From contig JBBRVX010000002.1 in NCBI GenBank assembly GCA_038246475.1, positions 1 through 63,586 of the forward strand: DNA of 63,586 nucleotides. The letters run 5' to 3'. This DNA comes from Thermomicrobiales bacterium. Its GTDB lineage: Bacteria > Chloroflexota > Chloroflexia > Thermomicrobiales > UBA6265. Below the pieces are notes generated by a model. The model was not told the DNA's origin. It saw only the letters and a program-made list of their open reading frames with translations, and did not search any database. Position numbers and translations under genes: made by a program. Positions 37,350 to 45,718 of this stretch are shown one piece after another (within the stretch, counting starts at the first letter, position 1; every line of letters starts with the position of its first letter).

Positions 37350-38174
37350 ATGGTTGAGACGTATCTGGCACGGTGGGACCTTGTCGCGGATGGCAATCCC
37401 ATCATCACGCACAGCAGCGACCTGCTGCCGGTCCGCCGCGCCGGCCGGCCAGCCATGCTGAAGGTCGCGCGGGAGGAAGAAGAGGCGCGTGGCGCGGCGG
37501 TCATGGTCTGGTGGGCTGGTGAGGGCGCGGCCCGCGTGCTGGCCTGCGAAGGCGATGCCATGTTGATGGAGCGGGCCATGGGCGACCGCTCGTTGACCGC
37601 CATGGCGCACGACGGTCGGGATGACCAGGCCAGCCGCATCCTCTGCGCCGCCGCGGCCACGCTGCATGCCCCGCGAACCACTCCCCGGCCAGCCACGCTC
37701 GTGCCGCTCGATCGCTGGTTCGCCGCGCTGGCCCCGGCCGCGCGAGCGCATGGCGGCATCCTGTACGAATCCGCGGTGATGGCCGAGCGGTTGCTGGCCG
37801 CGCCGCGCGAGATCGTTGTCCTGCACGGCGACATCCACCATGGCAACATCCTCGACTTTGGCGCCAGGGGCTGGCTCGCCATCGACCCCAAGGGCATTGT
37901 CGGCGAGCGCGGCTTCGACTTCGCCAACATCTTCTGCAATCCCGATGCCGAGGTTGCCCTCGCGCCCGGCCGGCTGGCCCGCCAGGCCACGGTCGTCGCC
38001 GCAGCCGTCAGGCTCGACCGCGCCCGGTTGATGCAATGGGTGCTGGCCTACGCCGGCCTCTCCGCCGCCTGGACCCTGGAGGATGGGGAAGACCCGCGCC
38101 TGGCGCTCACGGTGGCGCGTGTCGCGGCCTGGGAACTTGGGCTCGAGAGCGGCCATGCTCGCCACCGCCGGTGA
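37350..38174 (+). CDS. Aminoglycoside/hydroxyurea-resistance-kinase family protein, APH(6)-like
   Basis: LARWDL...G at the N-terminus, LKV (Lys), VVLHGDIHHGNIL catalytic loop, and AIDPKGIVGERGFD. Confidence 0.78.
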   Translation: MVETYLARWDLVADGNPIITHSSDLLPVRRAGRPAMLKVAREEEEARGAAVMVWWAGEGAARVLACEGDAMLMERAMGDRSLTAMAHDGRDDQASRILCAAAATLHAPRTTPRPATLVPLDRWFAALAPAARAHGGILYESAVMAERLLAAPREIVVLHGDIHHGNILDFGARGWLAIDPKGIVGERGFDFANIFCNPDAEVALAPGRLARQATVVAAAVRLDRARLMQWVLAYAGLSAAWTLEDGEDPRLALTVARVAAWELGLESGHARHRR

Positions 38175-38378
38175 GCGGAAGTTCCTGCAAAACCGTGCAT
38201 TGTCGATCGATGCGGGTTGATCGAGCGGATGCTTCGCTGCAGGTCAACGCAACCATCCCCGCTCCAGCGTCCAACGTGAGCCAGGGAATGATTTTGATCG
38301 AAGTCCCTGTGGATGACGTCCAGGTGATCGGCGCTGGTCGTTTCGAGTATCTTGTGCCGCAAAATCTGAACGGTAAGG

Positions 38379-38906
38379 TTGTCGTTTAGAGAAGGAACAC
38401 TCTTGGACAATGATCGGTTCGACCGTATCTCACGCACTCTTGCCGTGGGATTGACTCGACGCGCCACGGTCGGTCTGGCGTCGGCGCTTGGTCTGAGTTT
38501 CGTGCTCGAAGGTGAAGCCGGGAAACGGCGCAAGAAGAAGATAAAGGGATGTCGTGGTTGCCCGGCCTGCACGTCGTGCGTGCGCGGCCGCTGCCAGCCG
38601 CTGCCCGACCGCACCGCGTGCGGGGGGGTCTGCCAGGAGTGCTTCGGCGGCCAGTGCGTGAACAAGGCAGATGACAGCGTCTGCCTCACGGACGGACGAT
38701 GCCTGGCTGGCGTCTGCAACCCCCGGCCAGGGTGCATTAGCTCCGGTGTCGGTGGCTGCACTGCGCTTGGACCGGAAGACTGTTGTAGTGGCGAGTGCGA
38801 TGAAACAGCGCCCACTGGCATCTGCGAAGAGGGCGCGGCTGGCAAGCCGTGCAAGGTGAATGGCGATTGCACCAGTGGCGCGTGCATCGGTTATCGCTGC
38901 CAATAG
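38379..38906 (+). CDS. Tat-signal, polybasic, Cys-rich secreted protein (22 Cys in the last ~112 aa); likely start TTG 38403
   Basis: GAAGGA lies 7 nt before in-frame TTG 38403, giving (M)DNDRFDRISRTLAVGLTRRATVGLASALGLSFVLEGEAGKRRKKKIKGCRGCPACTSC...CCSGECDE...CKVNGDCTSGACIGYRCQ. Confidence 0.62.
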   Translation: MSFREGTLLDNDRFDRISRTLAVGLTRRATVGLASALGLSFVLEGEAGKRRKKKIKGCRGCPACTSCVRGRCQPLPDRTACGGVCQECFGGQCVNKADDSVCLTDGRCLAGVCNPRPGCISSGVGGCTALGPEDCCSGECDETAPTGICEEGAAGKPCKVNGDCTSGACIGYRCQ

Positions 38907-39091
38907 CGGCGACGCGCTCACGTTGCCGCTTCGTGGCTTATGCGCAAGGAGATAGCGGGCACAGGCAACCGTTCGTCATCCGGGCGCCCGCCCTGCTCTC
39001 CGTCGCCCGTGCTATGGCCCCCTGAGCCCGGGTCACTTCGCGACAACCGAAAGCGCCGCGCCATGCCCACGGTCCACATCCGGTCTTCGTC

Positions 39092-40276
39092 TCAGATCGG
39101 AAGCGTTCCCACGGCCAGCGCCAACTCCGCGTAGACCGCGATCGCATCGTGGAACTGGTCAATGGCCAATGCCTCGTTCGTGGCGTGCGCCTGCAAGGGG
39201 TCGCCCGGCCCCAGAAGAATGGCCGGCAACCCCGCCGCGACGAACCACGACGTGTCATTCGCCGGGAGATCCATGTCGAACCTGCCAGGGCGGCCGATCG
39301 CCCGCACCGCGGCCACCGCGGCGCAACTGACGAGGTGGTCCGCGTCGGTCTCGCACGGCGGCCACCGCTTGGTCACGCGCACCTGCGGACGAAACGAGCG
39401 CGGCACGACGTCGGCCACAAGGCCTTCCACGTCAGCAATCACCGCATCGAGATCCTCCCCGGGCAACACCCGCCGATCGACCACTATGGAGACGCGGTCG
39501 GGAACGACGTTCGTGCTCGTCAGTGCCGCGCCCGCGTCGATCCGGGTGATGGCCACCGAAGGCGTGGGCGGGGAGAAGCGGACGTCGCGCGCATCGAGGG
39601 GCATTCCTTCGATGGCCTGTGCCAGGCGCAGGGCAGGTCCCACCGGAGATGCGAGGGCATGGATCATGCCGGCATGGCCGCCGCGCCCCTCGATCGTGAT
39701 CTCGAAGGCCACGATGCCCCGGTTGCCGAGAAAGATGTCCAACCCGGTCGGCTCGGGGCAGACCACCATCCGGCCTTGAAACGCGCCCTGCCCCAGCAGG
39801 GCGCGGACGCCGCGCTCGCTGCCGACTTCTTCATCAGCGGTAATGGCCAGCTCGATGCTGCATGCGGAGAGGCGGCCCACCCGCGCCAGTCCTTCAATCG
39901 CGGCGACCGCTGCCGCCACGCCGCCCTTCATGTCGACCACACCCCGCCCGTGCAAGTGGTCACCGATCCGCGTCAGCGCGAAGGGCGGGGTGTCCCAGTC
40001 GCCGGGTGTGGGCACGACGTCTATATGACCACAGAGCGTCAGCGTGCGCTCGCGCGGGCCATCGCCGAAGCGCATCAGCAGGGAGGGCAGACCTTCGACG
40101 ACGAGCTGCTCGGTTTCCCGGGCGTAGGGCGCGAGCGCTTCGCGAATCAGCGCCAGGCAGGTTGCGATCGCCGGTTCGTTCCCTTCAACCGACGGCTGCT
40201 CCACCAACTTGCGCAGGAGATCGAGCGCGAACGCGTCCTGTCGCCCGGCGATCTCCCTGCCGACGGCTTCGCTCAT
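39092..40276 (-). CDS. M20-family metallopeptidase/deacylase (ArgE/DapE-like)
   Basis: GHIDVVP, GRGVVDMKGG and ADEEVGS motifs. Confidence 0.88.
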   Translation of the reverse strand: MSEAVGREIAGRQDAFALDLLRKLVEQPSVEGNEPAIATCLALIREALAPYARETEQLVVEGLPSLLMRFGDGPRERTLTLCGHIDVVPTPGDWDTPPFALTRIGDHLHGRGVVDMKGGVAAAVAAIEGLARVGRLSACSIELAITADEEVGSERGVRALLGQGAFQGRMVVCPEPTGLDIFLGNRGIVAFEITIEGRGGHAGMIHALASPVGPALRLAQAIEGMPLDARDVRFSPPTPSVAITRIDAGAALTSTNVVPDRVSIVVDRRVLPGEDLDAVIADVEGLVADVVPRSFRPQVRVTKRWPPCETDADHLVSCAAVAAVRAIGRPGRFDMDLPANDTSWFVAAGLPAILLGPGDPLQAHATNEALAIDQFHDAIAVYAELALAVGTLPI

Positions 40277-40291
40277 GGGAATTTCTGGCGG

Positions 40292-41122
40292 TCAGTAACG
40301 CACGGTCGCGCCGCCGACACCTTCGGCGATTTCGGCCGGCTCGGCACGCTGCCAGTTCAGCATGCTAATGTCGTCCTTGAGGCCGCTCAACATGTACTTC
40401 AGCTCGCTGGCCAGGGCGCAGAACTGGAAACCCTCGGCGATGCGCTGGTTGACCCCCGCCGCGCCGGAGGTGTGGATGCCCGGCGCTACGCCATGGCGCT
40501 GACAGGCGTCGCGGATGGCGAAGATCGCCTCATTCAGCTCCGGATTGTCACTTTCGAGAGGAACGCCCAGCCCAATGCCCATCGAGGCGGCCAGATCGTT
40601 GGGGCCGATGAAGCAGGCATCGACCCCCGGCACGCTCAGGATCGCGTCGGCGTTCTCCACCCCCGTGATGTGCTCGATCTGCAGCACCACCAGTATTTCG
40701 TTGTTGGCGTTGCGCAGGTAGTGCTCGCCGGTGGTGTCGAAGGAGATGGCCGCCCGCCCGCCGCCGACGCTGCGGTCCCCCTCCGGGTAGTACCGCGCCG
40801 CTTCCACCGCCCGTTCGGCTTCTTCGCGCGTCTTCACCATGGGCACGACCACGCCCCAGGCGCCGGCATCGAGCACGCGCTTGAAGTTTTCGCCGCTGTT
40901 CCAGGGGATGCGCACCATCGGCGCCGTATCCGTGGCCGCCATGGCCGCGAACATCTGGGCCAGGGTGCGGATATCGACCGGGTTATGCTCGGCATCGATC
41001 ACCAGCCAGTCGAAGCCGACCCGGCTGACATACTCGGCGCACTCCGGGGAGGGGAGCGAGAGCCAGGTGCCGATTGAGGGCTCGCCGGCCTTCAGCCGCC
41101 GCCGGACATGGTTTGCGCGCAT
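40292..41122 (-). CDS. HpcH/HpaI-family 2-keto-3-deoxy-acid aldolase (RhmA/YfaU-like)
   Basis: GTWLSLPSPECAEYVSRVGFDWLVIDAEHNP, MVRIP and FIGPNDLAASMG motifs. Confidence 0.86.
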   Translation of the reverse strand: MRANHVRRRLKAGEPSIGTWLSLPSPECAEYVSRVGFDWLVIDAEHNPVDIRTLAQMFAAMAATDTAPMVRIPWNSGENFKRVLDAGAWGVVVPMVKTREEAERAVEAARYYPEGDRSVGGGRAAISFDTTGEHYLRNANNEILVVLQIEHITGVENADAILSVPGVDACFIGPNDLAASMGIGLGVPLESDNPELNEAIFAIRDACQRHGVAPGIHTSGAAGVNQRIAEGFQFCALASELKYMLSGLKDDISMLNWQRAEPAEIAEGVGGATVRY

Positions 41123-41144
41123 CGATGGTTCGCCTTTCGCTTTC

Positions 41145-42416
41145 CTATGAACGGTCCTGAATGCTGCCCGCCATATTCGTGCCTTCGCTCCAGCGCAGCT
41201 CGTCGTCGGTGTCGATTTTGGCCGGATCGATCTCCATCCCGAAACCGGGCCGATCGGAGACGGTAATCATGCCATCGACGGGCTTGACCGGCTCCTTCCA
41301 GAAGAATTGCAGCAGCTCGTTCCACTTCACCAGATACTCGACCAGTGGGCAGAGGAGCTCGGGCATGGAGAGGGTCAGATGGACGTTGCTCGGCACCGAG
41401 TGGCCGTGGGCAATGACCGGGATATCGTAGGTCGAGGCCAGGGTGCAAATCTTGACCATTTCGGAGAGGCCGCCCGCCCAGTAGGTGTCTGCCTGCAGGT
41501 ATTCGGACGCTCCGGCGTCGAGTAGCTCCTTCTGGCCCCAGCGGGTGTACTCATGCTCGCCGGTCGCGATCGGGACCGGCGACGCCGCGTTGATCTCGGC
41601 GCAGAGGGCGATCTTGTCCGGCATCACCGGCTCTTCGATCCACTTGATGTCGAGGTGCGCCACGCGGCGGGCAAATTCGAGGGTGTACGGCTTGTTCCAA
41701 CTCATCCACGCGTCGAGCATGATGTCCACATCTGGGCCAGCGCCATCCCGCAGCGCCTCGGCCAGCTCGATGTTGCGCCGCATCCCCGCCTTGCCATCGG
41801 TCGGCCCCCAGAGCGGGAACCATTTCACCGCGGTGAAGCCTTCAGCCACCTTTTCGCGCGTCCGCTTGGCTGCCATCTCCGGCTCGATGCTGTAGCCGAG
41901 CATGGACGCATAGGCCGGCGCCGAGGTGCGCACCGGGCCTCCCAACAATGTATAGATCGGCTGGTTCAACCAGCGGCCCTTGAGATCCCAGAGGGCGCAA
42001 TCGATGGCGCTGATCGCCATCATGGTGGCGCCCTTGCGGCCGTGGACCGCCTCGCGGTACATGATGTCCCACAGGCGCTCGGTGGCGAGGGGATCGGCGC
42101 CTTCGAGGACCGCGCGGAACTCGCGGTCGACGATGTACGCCACCTCGTGGGGGATCGGCCCGGCGATGCCGGTCACGCCCTCGTCGGTGTCGATCTCCAG
42201 GAAGATGGAAATAACACGCGAGTGCCCTTCGTCGATCGGCTGCGGCATCCAGAAGCCGGGCCGCGCTCGCTGCGACTTGTATTCGGGGTAGACGTCGATC
42301 GGCCGTTGCAGCCGCTCCTCCCAATAGGGGCCGTCATGTTCGAGGATGCCGGTGAGCTGTCGCAGACGCACCGCCGTGATTCGCACGCGTTCTTCCTCCC
42401 CAACCGTCACGTTCAA
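41145..42416 (-). CDS. Enolase-superfamily acid-sugar dehydratase, L-rhamnonate-dehydratase-like
   Basis: AIDCALWDLKG, WGPTDGKAGMRRN, MLDAWMSW, KWIEEP, ATGEHE and AHGHSV are co-linear with my recollection of E. coli RhmD (WGPHDGDAGIRK, MLDCWMSQ, KWIEE, SGEHH, PHGSSV). Confidence 0.82.
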   Translation of the reverse strand: MNVTVGEEERVRITAVRLRQLTGILEHDGPYWEERLQRPIDVYPEYKSQRARPGFWMPQPIDEGHSRVISIFLEIDTDEGVTGIAGPIPHEVAYIVDREFRAVLEGADPLATERLWDIMYREAVHGRKGATMMAISAIDCALWDLKGRWLNQPIYTLLGGPVRTSAPAYASMLGYSIEPEMAAKRTREKVAEGFTAVKWFPLWGPTDGKAGMRRNIELAEALRDGAGPDVDIMLDAWMSWNKPYTLEFARRVAHLDIKWIEEPVMPDKIALCAEINAASPVPIATGEHEYTRWGQKELLDAGASEYLQADTYWAGGLSEMVKICTLASTYDIPVIAHGHSVPSNVHLTLSMPELLCPLVEYLVKWNELLQFFWKEPVKPVDGMITVSDRPGFGMEIDPAKIDTDDELRWSEGTNMAGSIQDRS

Positions 42417-42575
42417 GTCGCTGGCTCGCGAGCCAGAGCCGCGTCGGGTGATGGTAAGGGTGATGGACTGGACTGTCTATAACCAGAATCCCGCGCCACT
42501 CCCTGTGTTTGCCACCTCGGGGGATTTCGTGTCCTCTGCCTGCGTGACCTGTCCGAAATAGGGAGGCGATATGCA

Positions 42576-42667
42576 AAGCCATCAACCGGTTTCCGTATCA
42601 GACCGCATTGGGAGAAGGGGGACGCACCCGCTGTTGCACCGTTGCAGGAAGCCATCAACCGGATTCC
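42576..42667. promoter_or_regulatory. Two 19-bp direct repeats AAGCCATCAACCGG(T/A)TTCC spaced 73 bp apart, upstream of the dehydratase operon
   Basis: Copies at 42576-42594 and 42649-42667 with 1 mismatch, 160-250 bp upstream of the start at 42416. Confidence 0.35.
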
Positions 42668-42757
42668 AGGCAACCTTTTTCAGTGAAGAGGGTGGGCGGC
42701 GAGTCCGAGGCCGCGGCTCACAGAAGCCACGACCCCGGTTGCCTTCGATGATCTGGG

Positions 42758-43198
42758 TTAGCTTGCTGAAGAGCCAGCCATGGCCGCTTCGCGCATGTCT
42801 TGCTCGGTGACTTTTGCAATGACTTTGGAGACGACGATGAGGTAGCCGTCGGGATCAGCGACGGTCCAGTCGCGGTGGCCCCAGAACTGATCGGTCGGTT
42901 CCTGCACGACCTTGGCGCCGGCTTTTCTGGCTTGTGCGAAGAGGCCGTCGATATCTTCGCTGTCGGCGACCGTGGTATAGAGGGCGACTCCCTTGCCGAG
43001 TTCGCCCTGATCGTGCGGATTGCTGGGATTCAGCCGACCGAACATGATTGACACTTCACCACGCTTCACGGACGCGTGGACGACCGTGCCGTTGTCATCC
43101 GGCAAGGTGAATTCGGTTTCGAAGCCGAGGACATCCGTGTAAAAGGTGATGCTCGTGGCAATGTCCTTCGAGGCCAGTGCCGGGATAATGCTCTGCAT
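42758..43198 (-). CDS. VOC/bleomycin-resistance-type protein
   Basis: Start at ATG 43198 (MQSIIPALASKDIATSITFYTDVLGFE...WGHRDWTVADPDGYLIVV). The upstream part of the tracked ORF is P/R-rich and implausible. Confidence 0.8.
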   Translation of the reverse strand: MQSIIPALASKDIATSITFYTDVLGFETEFTLPDDNGTVVHASVKRGEVSIMFGRLNPSNPHDQGELGKGVALYTTVADSEDIDGLFAQARKAGAKVVQEPTDQFWGHRDWTVADPDGYLIVVSKVIAKVTEQDMREAAMAGSSAS

Positions 43199-43810
43199 GG
43201 TCGAGGTCTGCTCCCTTCTCGGTAGTTGATCCCGGTCCGATGGCCGGGATCGAAACGATCTGAGCGGGGACGCCGGCGGGATGCGCGGTCCTGCCGGCGG
43301 CGGAAGTGGAGGCGGAGGGGGTGCACGTGAGCGCGCATTGAGGCCGCTCATTCGGCGAGTTGAGGACTCGATTCGTACTTCGCGCCGCCACTTCCCAAGG
43401 AGGACAATAGAACATTAGATCTACTTTGTCAACCGGTCACGGGCGGCGGCCGTCGCCCGGTTGTTTTTGCTGTCCCTATTGTCGTCTCAGACTCCCTGTT
43501 GAGGCGTGTACGCGCCGCGATCCCTCATGCCCCAGGTGGTCCTCGGATCATGCACGATGCGCGGCACGGGTCATGCGCGGAGCACCAAGTAGGTGGTCAC
43601 AGCGATCGGGAGCATCGGCGCGGAATGCCGTGCCGCGGGCGAGGCAGGCATCGCCCCTCCACCCGCGGCGGGCACTGGATCCAGTTCCAGGAATCACTGA
43701 CCACCTACGTAGCGTGGCGAAATGCATTCGCCTGTTCCGTCCATCTCTCCCTGATGGCCCTGGCGCTCCGAACCCTCTGATGCATGCCGTGAGGAACCTG
43801 GAAATAGAGG

Positions 43811-43840
43811 CGACCCCCGGGCCAGAAGGCCAGGGGGTCG
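43811..43840 (-). terminator. Hairpin downstream of the small basic ORF
   Basis: CGACCCCCGGGCC-agaa-GGCCAGGGGGTCG (1 mismatch). On the minus strand it is followed by gcctctatttcc. Confidence 0.4.
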
Positions 43841-43872
43841 ATCGTGTGGAACTGTGCCGCCTTAAGCGGCGC

Positions 43873-44001
43873 CTAGTTCCGCTTGTCCCGGCGATCCTGC
43901 CGCCGATCCTGCTTTTCGTTGCGGCGGTCTCGGCGGCGCTTCACTGGGCTGGTGATCTTGCTCACGCCAACCTGCGTCAAAGGGGCAACTGCTGCACTCA
44001 T
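43873..44001 (-). CDS. Possible 42-aa highly basic mini-protein (below the ORF-track cutoff)
   Basis: The minus strand reads AGGAGatatgaaATG, then MSAAVAPLTQVGVSKITSPVKRRRDRRNEKQDRRQDRRDKRN*. Strong Shine-Dalgarno sequence and a downstream hairpin. Confidence 0.35.
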   Translation of the reverse strand: MSAAVAPLTQVGVSKITSPVKRRRDRRNEKQDRRQDRRDKRN

Positions 44002-44261
44002 TTCATATCTCCTGAGTTCGAGTTCCACCGACATCGTTTATCGGATGTATTGAGTTAACCAAACTTCGCCCGCGCCGCCGTCCTCCAAATGGGTGGTTCC
44101 ATTCGGGTGATTCGCACGAGGATCGTCCGTTGGCGCCGTGGAGCCGATACAGCAGCGTCGCTGTTTGCGTGGCTGTTACGCGGATGATGGTGTATGCGAA
44201 GGACGTTGACGGGAGCCTGGCCAGCTTGTGCAGAGATGCATCGTCGGTCCCGCACGGTACG

Positions 44262-45620
44262 ATGGCGTGCGAACCTCGTCTTTGGTGGAGAAGGGAGGAT
44301 GGGTTGCGGGTACGTTTTCGGTCTCGGCAGCGAGATCTGCTCGATAGCCTTTGGTTCATCCCGACCGTCATCGCCCTGATCTATGTCGGCCTTGCTCTCC
44401 TGTTGTTGCGAGCCGATGCGCTTCTGGGGCTCGAAACGCACGGTCGAGATGCCGGAGCGGTCGGCGGAGCGGACGGCGCGCGCGGAGTCCTGTTTGCCAT
44501 CGCTGGCACAACGCTTTCCGTCCTTGGGGTGGTCTTTTCCCTGACCATCGTCGTCCTGCAGATTGCCTCCGCCCAGTTCACGCCACGAGTTGTACGTAGC
44601 CTGACCGGCGATCGCGGCACCCAGGTGGTGCTTGGCGTGTTCTTCGGTACGTTCACCTACGCGCTGCTCGTGCTACGCGCCGTGCGCTCGCCGGGTGAGG
44701 ACGAGGGCGGCGCCGGGTTTGTGCCGGTCGCGGCCGTTGCCGTGGCCATCGGGCTGGCCCTGGTCAGCATCGCGTTCATGATCTACTACATCAATCATGT
44801 CTCCCGCTCGGTTCAGGTCGCCGTGATCATCAAGCGCGTTACCCAAGACACGCTTGAGCTGCTGAACGATCCGCTTATCGGCGCACTCGCCCATGACGCG
44901 GAACTCATGCGGGGTAGCGACAAGACGTCTGAGGAGCCCGGAAGAGCGGTGGAAACCCATCATGATGGGTATCTCCAGGCCATCGATGCTCCGGCGTTGC
45001 TCGCCGCCGCCGAGTCGAGAGCTCTGATGGTGCGCACGGAGGTTCTGGTTGGGAGCTTTCTCCTGGCCGGTACGCCGGTGTGCGCCGTCTGGCCAACGGG
45101 ACGCGTCGATGAAGAGGTGGAAGGGGCAGTGCGGGCTGCCTTTGTGCTCGGTCCAGAGCGGACCCGCCAACAGGACATCGAGCTGGGCATACGGCAAGTG
45201 GCCGATATCGCGGTGCGAGCACTCTCGCCCGCCGTCAACGATCCAACCACCGCCGTATTGTGTATCGACCGGCTCGGGCAGCTCCTGGTGCGGGCGAGCG
45301 CACGTGACGAGACGGAAGTGGTGTCTGGCCCTCGCGGCGGAACGATCGTGCTCAGCGGCCCCTCGTTCGCGCGGTTAACCGACGTGGCCTTCACCCAGAT
45401 TCGGCACTTCGGCGCGATGGATGTCGTGGTGGCGACACATCTCATGACGATGCTGGTCGACGTGGCCAAGCGGGCGCCGGCTCAACACCGCGAGCCGCTC
45501 CGGGAGCACGCTGCGGCGCTTCTGCTCGAGGCGGGGAAGGGGCTTGTGGTGGCGACCGACCTGCGCCGCGTCGAAGCGGCGGGCTTCTGGTTTGAAGGCG
45601 GTCTTGCGGCGATCAGGTGA
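44262..45620 (+). CDS. Membrane protein, DUF2254-like (start uncertain)
   Basis: N-terminal ...LLDSLWFIPTVIALIYVGLALLL plus 3 more TM helices, then a roughly 270-aa soluble domain. Family name is from recollection only. Confidence 0.65.
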   Translation: MACEPRLWWRREDGLRVRFRSRQRDLLDSLWFIPTVIALIYVGLALLLLRADALLGLETHGRDAGAVGGADGARGVLFAIAGTTLSVLGVVFSLTIVVLQIASAQFTPRVVRSLTGDRGTQVVLGVFFGTFTYALLVLRAVRSPGEDEGGAGFVPVAAVAVAIGLALVSIAFMIYYINHVSRSVQVAVIIKRVTQDTLELLNDPLIGALAHDAELMRGSDKTSEEPGRAVETHHDGYLQAIDAPALLAAAESRALMVRTEVLVGSFLLAGTPVCAVWPTGRVDEEVEGAVRAAFVLGPERTRQQDIELGIRQVADIAVRALSPAVNDPTTAVLCIDRLGQLLVRASARDETEVVSGPRGGTIVLSGPSFARLTDVAFTQIRHFGAMDVVVATHLMTMLVDVAKRAPAQHREPLREHAAALLLEAGKGLVVATDLRRVEAAGFWFEGGLAAIR

Positions 45621-45718
45621 GCGCTATTCGAGGAGCCGGATTGTTATGAAGATCAATGCCGTGGTAGCGCCGTTTTCAACCCGCTTGTCGATTTCCGGAA
45701 ACAGGCGGCCCGACGATA

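Noticed and set aside
36179-37357. 392-aa plus-strand ORF
   Set aside because: Antisense to the 2-hydroxyacid dehydrogenase gene, which has clear Rossmann and catalytic motifs. The shadow ORF has none and extends through the intergenic region.
37193-38165. 265-aa and 277-aa minus-strand ORFs
   Set aside because: Antisense to the APH(6)-like gene.
38048-38887. 279-aa minus-strand ORF opposite the Cys-rich protein
   Set aside because: P/S/H/Q-rich shadow of the Cys-rich coding frame (GC-rich Cys/Gly codons read in reverse). It has no start context and overlaps the end of the APH gene.
39149-41077. Very long 642-aa plus-strand ORF
   Set aside because: It runs antisense across two well-supported minus-strand genes (M20 peptidase and HpcH aldolase). 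The translation is R/G/A/H/D-rich low complexity with no motifs. This is a typical high-GC shadow ORF.
43426-44058. 210-aa plus-strand ORF in the gene-poor region
   Set aside because: TTG start, R/C/P-rich translation with no domain. It crosses a terminator-like hairpin and the oppositely oriented SD-preceded mini-ORF.
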